DNA of 32,222 bases from Hydrurus foetidus. Taxonomy: Eukaryota. The stretch lies in NCBI GenBank assembly GCA_900617105.1, contig UYFQ01000357.1, forward strand, positions 1 through 32,222. The letters are read 5' to 3'. A model generated the notes under the pieces. The model worked only from the letters and a program-made list of their open reading frames with translations, ran no database searches and was not told where the DNA came from. The translations under genes were made by a program, and so were the position numbers. Below are positions 12,001 to 24,000 of this stretch, piece by piece. The first letter of the stretch is position 1; each line of letters opens with the position of its first letter.

Positions 12001-15000
12001 CGTCGCCTAGCAGTGCGCCATCAGCTGGTCCTACATCGTCGCCTAGCAGTGCGCCATCAGCTGGTCCTACATCGTCGCCTAGCAGTGCGCCATCAGCTGG
12101 TCCTACATCGTCGCCTAGCAGTGCGCCATCAGCTGGTCCTACATCGTCGCCTAGCAGTGCGCCATCAGCTGGTCCTACATCGTCGCCTAGCAGTGCGCCA
12201 TCAGCTGGTCCTACATCGTCGCCTAGCAGTGCGCCATCAGCTGGTCCTACATCGTCGCCTAGCAGTGCGCCATCAGCTGGTCCTACATCGTCGCCTAGCA
12301 GTGCGCCATCAGCTGGTCCTACATCGTCGCCTAGCAGTGCGCCATCAGCTGGTCCTACATCGTCGCCTAGCAGTGCGCCATCAGCTGGTCCTACATCGTC
12401 GCCTAGCAGTGCGCCATCAGCTGGTCCTACATCGTCGCCTAGCAGTGCGCCATCAGCTGGTCCTACATCGTCGCCTAGCAGTGCGCCATCAGCTGGTCCT
12501 ACATCGTCGCCTAGCAGTGCGCCATCAGCTGGTCCTACATCGTCGCCTAGCAGTGCGCCATCAGCTGGTCCTACATCGTCGCCTAGCAGTGCGCCATCAG
12601 CTGGTCCTACATCGTCGCCTAGCAGTGCGCCATCAGCTGGTCCTACATCGTCGCCTAGCAGTGCGCCATCAGCTGGTCCTACATCGTCGCCTAGCAGTGC
12701 GCCATCAGCTGGTCCTACATCGTCGCCTAGCAGTGCGCCATCAGCTGGTCCTACATCGTCGCCTAGCAGTGCGCCATCAGCTGGTCCTACATCGTCGCCT
12801 AGCAGTGCGCCATCAGCTGGTCCTACATCGTCGCCTAGCAGTGCGCCATCAGCTGGTCCTACATCGTCGCCTAGCAGTGCGCCATCAGCTGGTCCTACAT
12901 CGTCGCCTAGCAGTGCGCCATGCTACACCTACATCGTCGCCTACAGTGCCATCAGTCAAGTTTGAGCGTCGCCATCAGCAGCACCTACATCTGAACCTAC
13001 ATCGTCGCCTAGCAGTGCGCCATCAGCTGGTCCTACATCGTCGCCTAGCAGTGCGCCATCAGCTGGTCCTACATCGTCGCCTAGCAGTGCGCCATCAGCT
13101 GGTCCTACATCGTCGCCTAGCAGTGCGCCATCAGCTGGTCCTACATCGTCGCCTAGCAGTGCGCCATCAGCTGGTCCTACATCGTCGCCTAGCAGTGCGC
13201 CATCAGCTGGTCCTACATCGTCGCCTAGCAGTGCGCCATCAGCTGGTCCTACATCGTCGCCTAGCAGTGCGCCATCAGCTGGTCCTACATCGTCGCCTAG
13301 CAGTGCGCCATCAGCTGGTCCTACATCGTCGCCTAGCAGTGCGCCATCAGCTGGTCCTACATCGTCGCCTAGCAGTGCGCCATCAGCTGGTCCTACATCG
13401 TCGCCTAGCAGTGCGCCATCAGCTGGTCCTACATCGTCGCCTAGCAGTGCGCCATCAGCTGGTCCTACATCGTCGCCTAGCAGTGCGCCATCAGCTGGTC
13501 CTACATCGTCGCCTAGCAGTGCGCCATCAGCTGGTCCTACATCGTCGCCTAGCAGTGCGCCATCAGCTGGTCCTACATCGTCGCCTAGCAGTGCGCCATC
13601 AGCTGGTCCTACATCGTCGCCTAGCAGTGCGCCATCAGCTGGTCCTACATCGTCGCCTAGCAGTGCGCCATCAGCTGGTCCTACATCGTCGCCTAGCAGT
13701 GCGCCATCAGCTGGTCCTACATCGTCGCCTAGCAGTGCGCCATCAGCTGGTCCTACATCGTCGCCTAGCAGTGCGCCATCAGCTGGTCCTACATCGTCGC
13801 CTAGCAGTGCGCCATCAGCTGGTCCTACATCGTCGCCTAGCAGTGCGCCATCAGCTGGTCCTACATCGTCGCCTAGCAGTGCGCCATCAGCTGGTCCTAC
13901 ATCGTCGCCTAGCAGTGCGCCATCAGCTGGTCCTACATCGTCGCCTAGCAGTGCGCCATCAGCTGGTCCTACATCGTCGCCTAGCAGTGCGCCATCAGCT
14001 GGTCCTACATCGTCGCCTAGCAGTGCGCCATCAGCTGGTCCTACATCGTCGCCTAGCAGTGCGCCATCAGCTGGTCCTACATCGTCGCCTAGCAGTGCGC
14101 CATCAGCTGGTCCTACATCGTCGCCTAGCAGTGCGCCATCAGCTGGTCCTACATCGTCGCCTAGCAGTGCGCCATCAGCTGGTCCTACATCGTCGCCTAG
14201 CAGTGCGCCATCAGCTGGTCCTACATCGTCGCCTAGCAGTGCGCCATCAGCTGGTCCTACATCGTCGCCTAGCAGTGCGCCATCAGCTGGTCCTACATCG
14301 TCGCCTAGCAGTGCGCCATCAGCTGGTCCTACATCGTCGCCTAGCAGTGCGCCATCAGCTGGTCCTACATCGTCGCCTAGCAGTGCGCCATCAGCTGGTC
14401 CTACATCGTCGCCTAGCAGTGCGCCATCAGCTGGTCCTACATCGTCGCCTAGCAGTGCGCCATCAGCTGGTCCTACATCGTCGCCTAGCAGTGCGCCATC
14501 AGCTGGTCCTACATCGTCGCCTAGCAGTGCGCCATCAGCTGGTCCTACATCGTCGCCTAGCAGTGCGCCATCAGCTGGTCCTACATCGTCGCCTAGCAGT
14601 GCGCCATCAGCTGGTCCTACATCGTCGCCTAGCAGTGCGCCATCAGCTGGTCCTACATCGTCGCCTAGCAGTGCGCCATCAGCTGGTCCTACATCGTCGC
14701 CTAGCAGTGCGCCATCAGCTGGTCCTACATCGTCGCCTAGCAGTGCGCCATCAGCTGGTCCTACATCGTCGCCTAGCAGTGCGCCATCAGCTGGTCCTAC
14801 ATCGTCGCCTAGCAGTGCGCCATCAGCTGGTCCTACATCGTCGCCTAGCAGTGCGCCATCAGCTGGTCCTACATCGTCGCCTAGCAGTGCGCCATCAGCT
14901 GGTCCTACATCGTCGCCTAGCAGTGCGCCATCAGCTGGTCCTACATCGTCGCCTAGCAGTGCGCCATCAGCTGGTCCTACATCGTCGCCTAGCAGTGCGC

Positions 15001-18000
15001 CATCAGCTGGTCCTACATCGTCGCCTAGCAGTGCGCCATCAGCTGGTCCTACATCGTCGCCTAGCAGTGCGCCATCAGCTGGTCCTACATCGTCGCCTAG
15101 CAGTGCGCCATCAGCTGGTCCTACATCGTCGCCTAGCAGTGCGCCATCAGCTGGTCCTACATCGTCGCCTACAGTGCCATCAGCTGGTTTACATCGTCGC
15201 CATCAGCAGCGCCTACATCTGGTCCTACATCGTCGCCTAGCAGTGCGCCATCAGCTGGTCCTACATCGTCGCCTAGCAGTGCGCCATCAGCTGGTCCTAC
15301 ATCGTCGCCTAGCAGTGCGCCATCAGCTGGTCCTACATCGTCGCCTAGCAGTGCGCCATCAGCTGGTCCTACATCGTCGCCTAGCAGTGCGCCATCAGCT
15401 GGTCCTACATCGTCGCCTAGCAGTGCGCCATCAGCTGGTCCTACATCGTCGCCTAGCAGTGCGCCATCAGCTGGTCCTACATCGTCGCCTAGCAGTGCGC
15501 CATCAGCTGGTCCTACATCGTCGCCTAGCAGTGCGCCATCAGCTGGTCCTACATCGTCGCCTAGCAGTGCGCCATCAGCTGGTCCTACATCGTCGCCTAG
15601 CAGTGCGCCATCAGCTGGTCCTACATCGTCGCCTAGCAGTGCGCCATCAGCTGGTCCTACATCGTCGCCTAGCAGTGCGCCATCAGCTGGTCCTACATCG
15701 TCGCCTAGCAGTGCGCCATCAGCTGGTCCTACATCGTCGCCTAGCAGTGCGCCATCAGCTGGTCCTACATCGTCGCCTAGCAGTGCGCCATCAGCTGGTC
15801 CTACATCGTCGCCTAGCAGTGCGCCATCAGCTGGTCCTACATCGTCGCCTAGCAGTGCGCCATCAGCTGGTCCTACATCGTCGCCTAGCAGTGCGCCATC
15901 AGCTGGTCCTACATCGTCGCCTAGCAGTGCGCCATCAGCTGGTCCTACATCGTCGCCTAGCAGTGCGCCATCAGCTGGTCCTACATCGTCGCCTAGCAGT
16001 GCGCCATCAGCTGGTCCTACATCGTCGCCTAGCAGTGCGCCATCAGCTGGTCCTACATCGTCGCCTAGCAGTGCGCCATCAGCTGGTCCTACATCGTCGC
16101 CTAGCAGTGCGCCATCAGCTGGTCCTACATCGTCGCCTAGCAGTGCGCCATCAGCTGGTCCTACATCGTCGCCTAGCAGTGCGCCATGTCACCCACATCG
16201 TTACCTACTTTGCCATCAAAGTCAAGTTTGAGCGGAAAGCCATCATCAGCACCTACATCTGAACCAACGGCAACGCCTAGCAGTGCGCCATCAGCTGGTC
16301 CTACATCGTCGCCTAGCAGTGCGCCATCAGCTGGTCCTACATCGTCGCCTAGCAGTGCGCCATCAGCTGGTCCTACATCGTCGCCTAGCAGTGCGCCATC
16401 AGCTGGTCCTACATCGTCGCCTAGCAGTGCGCCATCAGCTGGTCCTACATCGTCGCCTAGCAGTGCGCCATCAGCTGGTCCTACATCGTCGCCTAGCAGT
16501 GCGCCATCAGCTGGTCCTACATCGTCGCCTAGCAGTGCGCCATCAGCTGGTCCTACATCGTCGCCTAGCAGTGCGCCATCAGCTGGTCCTACATCGTCGC
16601 CTAGCAGTGCGCCATCAGCTGGTCCTACATCGTCGCCTAGCAGTGCGCCATCAGCTGGTCCTACATCGTCGCCTAGCAGTGCGCCATCAGCTGGTCCTAC
16701 ATCGTCGCCTAGCAGTGCGCCATCAGCTGGTCCTACATCGTCGCCTAGCAGTGCGCCATCAGCTGGTCCTACATCGTCGCCTAGCAGTGCGCCATCAGCT
16801 GGTCCTACATCGTCGCCTAGCAGTGCGCCATCAGCTGGTCCTACATCGTCGCCTAGCAGTGCGCCATCAGCTGGTCCTACATCGTCGCCTAGCAGTGCGC
16901 CATCAGCTGGTCCTACATCGTCGCCTAGCAGTGCGCCATCAGCTGGTCCTACATCGTCGCCTAGCAGTGCGCATCAGTCAGTTTGAGCGTCGCCATCAGC
17001 AGCACCTACATCGAACGCCGCCTAGCAGTGCGCCATCAGCTGGTCCTACATCGTCGCCTAGCAGTGCGCCATCAGCTGGTCCTACATCGTCGCCTAGCAG
17101 TGCGCCATCAGCTGGTCCTACATCGTCGCCTAGCAGTGCGCCATCAGCTGGTCCTACATCGTCGCCTAGCAGTGCGCCATCAGCTGGTCCTACATCGTCG
17201 CCTAGCAGTGCGCCATCAGCTGGTCCTACATCGTCGCCTAGCAGTGCGCCATCAGCTGGTCCTACATCGTCGCCTAGCAGTGCGCCATCAGCTGGTCCTA
17301 CATCGTCGCCTAGCAGTGCGCCATCAGCTGGTCCTACATCGTCGCCTAGCAGTGCGCCATCAGCTGGTCCTACATCGTCGCCTAGCAGCGCCATCAGCTG
17401 GTCCTACATCGTCGCCTAGCAGTGCGCCATCAGCTGGTCCTACATCGTCGCCTAGCAGTGCGCCATCAGCTGGTCCTACATCGTCGCCTAGCAGTGCGCC
17501 ATCAGCTGGTCCTACATCGTCGCCTAGCAGTGCGCCATCAGCTGGTCCTACATCGTCGCCTAGCAGTGCGCCATCAGCTGGTCCTACATCGTCGCCTAGC
17601 AGTGCGCCATCAGCTGGTCCTACATCGTCGCCTAGCAGTGCGCCATCAGCTGGTCCTACATCGTCGCCTAGCAGTGCGCCATCAGCTGGTCCTACATCGT
17701 CGCCTAGCAGTGCGCCATCAGCTGGTCCTACATCGTCGCCTAGCAGTGCGCCATCAGCTGGTCCTACATCGTCGCCTAGCAGTGCGCCATCAGCTGGTCC
17801 TACATCGTCGCCTAGCAGTGCGCCATCAGCTGGTCCTACATCGTCGCCTAGCAGTGCGCCATCAGCTGGTCCTACATCGTCGCCTAGCAGTGCGCCATCA
17901 GCTGGTCCTACATCGTCGCCTAGCAGTGCGCCATCAGCTGGTCCTACATCGTCGCCTAGCAGTGCGCCATCAGCTGGTCCTACATCGTCGCCTAGCAGTG

Positions 18001-21000
18001 CGCCATCAGCTGGTCCTACATCGTCGCCTAGCAGTGCGCCATCAGCTGGTCCTACATCGTCGCCTAGCAGTGCGCCATCAGTTACACCTACATCGTCGCC
18101 TACAGTGCCATCAGCAAGTTTGAGCGTCGCCATCAGCAGCACCTACATCTGGTCCAACATCGTCGCCTAGCAGTGCGCCATCAGCTGGTCCTACATCGTC
18201 GCCTAGCAGTGCGCCATCAGCTGGTCCTACATCGTCGCCTAGCAGTGCGCCATCAGCTGGTCCTACATCGTCGCCTAGCAGTGCGCCATCAGCTGGTCCT
18301 ACATCGTCGCCTAGCAGTGCGCCATCAGCTGGTCCTACATCGTCGCCTAGCAGTGCGCCATCAGCTGGTCCTACATCGTCGCCTAGCAGTGCGCCATCAG
18401 CTGGTCCTACATCGTCGCCTAGCAGTGCGCCATCAGCTGGTCCTACATCGTCGCCTAGCAGTGCGCCATCAGCTGGTCCTACATCGTCGCCTAGCAGTGC
18501 GCCATCAGCTGGTCCTACATCGTCGCCTAGCAGTGCGCCATCAGCTGGTCCTACATCGTCGCCTAGCAGTGCGCCATCAGCTGGTCCTACATCGTCGCCT
18601 AGCAGTGCGCCATCAGCTGGTCCTACATCGTCGCCTAGCAGTGCGCCATCAGCTGGTCCTACATCGTCGCCTAGCAGTGCGCCATCAGCTGGTCCTACAT
18701 CGTCGCCTAGCAGTGCGCCATCAGCTGGTCCTACATCGTCGCCTAGCAGTGCGCCATCAGCTGGTCCTACATCGTCGCCTAGCAGTGCGCCATGCTGGTC
18801 CCACATCGTCGCCTAGCAGTGCGCATCAGTCAAGTTTGAGCGGAAAGCCATCAGCAGCCATCATCTGAACCAACATCAACGCCTAGCAGTGCGCCATCAG
18901 CTGGTCCTACATCGTCGCCTAGCAGTGCGCCATCAGCTGGTCCTACATCGTCGCCTAGCAGTGCGCCATCAGCTGGTCCTACATCGTCGCCTAGCAGTGC
19001 GCCATCAGCTGGTCCTACATCGTCGCCTAGCAGTGCGCCATCAGCTGGTCCTACATCGTCGCCTAGCAGTGCGCCATCAGCTGGTCCTACATCGTCGCCT
19101 AGCAGTGCGCCATCAGCTGGTCCTACATCGTCGCCTAGCAGTGCGCCATCAGCTGGTCCTACATCGTCGCCTAGCAGTGCGCCATCAGCTGGTCCTACAT
19201 CGTCGCCTAGCAGTGCGCCATCAGCTGGTCCTACATCGTCGCCTAGCAGTGCGCCATCAGCTGGTCCTACATCGTCGCCTAGCAGTGCGCCATCAGCTGG
19301 TCCTACATCGTCGCCTAGCAGTGCGCCATCAGCTGGTCCTACATCGTCGCCTAGCAGTGCGCCATCAGCTGGTCCTACATCGTCGCCTAGCAGTGCGCCA
19401 TCAGCTGGTCCTACATCGTCGCCTAGCAGTGCGCCATCAGCTGGTCCTACATCGTCGCCTAGCAGTGCGCCATCAGCTGGTCCTACATCGTCGCCTAGCA
19501 GTGCGCCATCAGCTGGTCCTACATCGTCGCCTAGCAGTGCGCCATCAGCTGGTCCTACATCGTCGCCTAGCAGTGCGCCATCAGCTGGTCCTACATCGTC
19601 GCCTAGCAGTGCGCCATCAGCTGGTCCTACATCGTCGCCTAGCAGTGCGCCATCAGCTGGTCCTACATCGTCGCCTAGCAGTGCGCCATCAGCTGGTCCT
19701 ACATCGTCGCCTAGCAGTGCGCCATCAGCTGGTCCTACATCGTCGCCTAGCAGTGCGCCATCAGCTGGTCCTACATCGTCGCCTAGCAGTGCGCCATCAG
19801 CTGGTCCTACATCGTCGCCTAGCAGTGCGCCATCAGCTGGTCCTACATCGTCGCCTAGCAGTGCGCCATCAGCTGGTCCTACATCGTCGCCTAGCAGTGC
19901 GCCATCAGCTGGTCCTACATCGTCGCCTAGCAGTGCGCCATCAGCTGGTCCTACATCGTCGCCTAGCAGTGCGCCATCAGCTGGTCCTACATCGTCGCCT
20001 AGCAGTGCGCCATCAGCTGGTCCTACATCGTCGCCTAGCAGTGCGCCATCAGCTGGTCCTACATCGTCGCCTAGCAGTGCGCCATCAGCTGGTCCTACAT
20101 CGTCGCCTAGCAGTGCGCCATCAGCTGGTCCTACATCGTCGCCTAGCAGTGCGCCATCAGCTGGTCCTACATCGTCGCCTAGCAGTGCGCCATCAGCTGG
20201 TCCTACATCGTCGCCTAGCAGTGCGCCATCAGCTGGTCCTACATCGTCGCCTAGCAGTGCGCCATCAGCTGGTCCTACATCGTCGCCTAGCAGTGCGCCA
20301 TCAGCTGGTCCTACATCGTCGCCTAGCAGTGCGCCATCAGCTGGTCCTACATCGTCGCCTAGCAGTGCGCCATCAGCTGGTCCTACATCGTCGCCTAGCA
20401 GTGCGCCATCAGCTGGTCCTACATCGTCGCCTAGCAGTGCGCCATCAGCTGGTCCTACATCGTCGCCTAGCAGTGCGCCATCAGCTGGTCCTACATCGTC
20501 GCCTAGCAGTGCGCCATCAGCTGGTCCTACATCGTCGCCTAGCAGTGCGCCATCAGCTGGTCCTACATCGTCGCCTAGCAGTGCGCCATCAGCTGGTCCT
20601 ACATCGTCGCCTAGCAGTGCGCCATCAGCTGGTCCTACATCGTCGCCTAGCAGTGCGCCATCAGCTGGTCCTACATCGTCGCCTAGCAGTGCGCCATCAG
20701 CTGGTCCTACATCGTCGCCTAGCAGTGCGCCATCAGCTGGTCCTACATCGTCGCCTAGCAGTGCGCCATCAGCTGGTCCTACATCGTCGCCTAGCAGTGC
20801 GCCATCAGCTGGTCCTACATCGTCGCCTAGCAGTGCGCCATCAGCTGGTCCTACATCGTCGCCTAGCAGTGCGCCATCAGCTGGTCCTACATCGTCGCCT
20901 AGCAGTGCGCCATCAGCTGGTCCTACATCGTCGCCTAGCAGTGCGCCATCAGCTGGTCCTACATCGTCGCCTAGCAGTGCGCCATCAGCTGGTCCTACAT

Positions 21001-24000
21001 CGTCGCCTAGCAGTGCGCCATCAGCTGGTCCTACATCGTCGCCTAGCAGTGCGCCATCAGCTGGTCCTACATCGTCGCCTAGCAGTGCGCCATCAGCTGG
21101 TCCTACATCGTCGCCTAGCAGTGCGCCATCAGCTGGTCCTACATCGTCGCCTAGCAGTGCGCCATCAGCTGGTCCTACATCGTCGCCTAGCAGTGCGCCA
21201 TCAGCTGGTCCTACATCGTCGCCTAGCAGTGCGCCATCAGCTGGTCCTACATCGTCGCCTAGCAGTGCGCCATCAGCTGGTCCTACATCGTCGCCTAGCA
21301 GTGCGCCATCAGCTGGTCCTACATCGTCGCCTAGCAGTGCGCCATCAGCTGGTCCTACATCGTCGCCTAGCAGTGCGCCATCAGCTGGTCCTACATCGTC
21401 GCCTAGCAGTGCGCCATCAGCTGGTCCTACATCGTCGCCTAGCAGTGCGCCATCAGCTGGTCCTACATCGTCGCCTAGCAGTGCGCCATCAGCTGGTCCT
21501 ACATCGTCGCCTAGCAGTGCGCCATCAGCTGGTCCTACATCGTCGCCTAGCAGTGCGCCATCAGCTGGTCCTACATCGTCGCCTAGCAGTGCGCCATCAG
21601 CTGGTCCTACATCGTCGCCTAGCAGTGCGCCATCAGCTGGTCCTACATCGTCGCCTAGCAGTGCGCCATCAGCTGGTCCTACATCGTCGCCTAGCAGTGC
21701 GCCATCAGCTGGTCCTACATCGTCGCCTAGCAGTGCGCCATCAGCTGGTCCTACATCGTCGCCTAGCAGTGCGCCATCAGCTGGTCCTACATCGTCGCCT
21801 AGCAGTGCGCCATCAGCTGGTCCTACATCGTCGCCTAGCAGTGCGCCATCAGCTGGTCCTACATCGTCGCCTAGCAGTGCGCCATCAGCTGGTCCTACAT
21901 CGTCGCCTAGCAGTGCGCCATCAGCTGGTCCTACATCGTCGCCTAGCAGTGCGCCATCAGCTGGTCCTACATCGTCGCCTAGCAGTGCGCCATCAGCTGG
22001 TCCTACATCGTCGCCTAGCAGTGCGCCATCAGCTGGTCCTACATCGTCGCCTAGCAGTGCGCCATCAGCAAGTTTGAGCGGAAAGCCATCAGCAGCACCT
22101 ACATCAGAACCAACGGCAACGCCTAGCAGTGCGCCATCAGCTGGTCCTACATCGTCGCCTAGCAGTGCGCCATCAGCTGGTCCTACATCGTCGCCTAGCA
22201 GTGCGCCATCAGCTGGTCCTACATCGTCGCCTAGCAGTGCGCCATCAGCTGGTCCTACATCGTCGCCTAGCAGTGCGCCATCAGCTGGTCCTACATCGTC
22301 GCCTAGCAGTGCGCCATCAGCTGGTCCTACATCGTCGCCTAGCAGTGCGCCATCAGCTGGTCCTACATCGTCGCCTAGCAGTGCGCCATCAGCTGGTCCT
22401 ACATCGTCGCCTAGCAGTGCGCCATCAGCTGGTCCTACATCGTCGCCTAGCAGTGCGCCATCAGCTGGTCCTACATCGTCGCCTAGCAGTGCGCCATCAG
22501 CTGGTCCTACATCGTCGCCTAGCAGTGCGCCATCAGCTGGTCCTACATCGTCGCCTAGCAGTGCGCCATCAGCTGGTCCTACATCGTCGCCTAGCAGTGC
22601 GCCATCAGCTGGTCCTACATCGTCGCCTAGCAGTGCGCCATCAGCTGGTCCTACATCGTCGCCTAGCAGTGCGCCATCAGCTGGTCCTACATCGTCGCCT
22701 AGCAGTGCGCCATCAGCTGGTCCTACATCGTCGCCTAGCAGTGCGCCATCAGCTGGTCCTACATCGTCGCCTAGCAGTGCGCCATCAGCTGGTCCTACAT
22801 CGTCGCCTAGCAGTGCGCCATCAGCTGGTCCTACATCGTCGCCTAGCAGTGCGCCATCAGCTGGTCCTACATCGTCGCCTAGCAGTGCGCCATCAGCTGG
22901 TCCTACATCGTCGCCTAGCAGTGCGCCATGTGCACCCTACATCGTTACCTACTTTACCATCAAAGTCAAGTTTGAGCGGAAAGCCATCATCAGCACCTAC
23001 ATCAGAACCAACGGCAACGCCTAGCAGTGCGCCATCAGCTGGTCCTACATCGTCGCCTAGCAGTGCGCCATCAGCTGGTCCTACATCGTCGCCTAGCAGT
23101 GCGCCATCAGCTGGTCCTACATCGTCGCCTAGCAGTGCGCCATCAGCTGGTCCTACATCGTCGCCTAGCAGTGCGCCATCAGCTGGTCCTACATCGTCGC
23201 CTAGCAGTGCGCCATCAGCTGGTCCTACATCGTCGCCTAGCAGTGCGCCATCAGCTGGTCCTACATCGTCGCCTAGCAGTGCGCCATCAGCTGGTCCTAC
23301 ATCGTCGCCTAGCAGTGCGCCATCAGCTGGTCCTACATCGTCGCCTAGCAGTGCGCCATCAGCTGGTCCTACATCGTCGCCTAGCAGTGCGCCATCAGCT
23401 GGTCCTACATCGTCGCCTAGCAGTGCGCCATCAGCTGGTCCTACATCGTCGCCTAGCAGTGCGCCATCAGCTGGTCCTACATCGTCGCCTAGCAGTGCGC
23501 CATCAGCTGGTCCTACATCGTCGCCTAGCAGTGCGCCATCAGCTGGTCCTACATCGTCGCCTAGCAGTGCGCCATCAGCTGGTCCTACATCGTCGCCTAG
23601 CAGTGCGCCATCAGCTGGTCCTACATCGTCGCCTAGCAGTGCGCCATCAGCTGGTCCTACATCGTCGCCTAGCAGTGCGCCATCAGCTGGTCCTACATCG
23701 TCGCCTAGCAGTGCGCCATCAGCTGGTCCTACATCGTCGCCTAGCAGTGCGCCATCAGCTGGTCCTACATCGTCGCCTAGCAGTGCGCCATCAGCTGGTC
23801 CTACATCGTCGCCTAGCAGTGCGCCATCAGCTGGTCCTACATCGTCGCCTAGCAGTGCGCCATCAGCTGGTCCTACATCGTCGCCTAGCAGTGCGCCATC
23901 AGCTGGTCCTACATCGTCGCCTAGCAGTGCGCCATCAGCTGGTCCTACATCGTCGCCTAGCAGTGCGCCATCAGCTGGTCCTACATCGTCGCCTAGCAGT

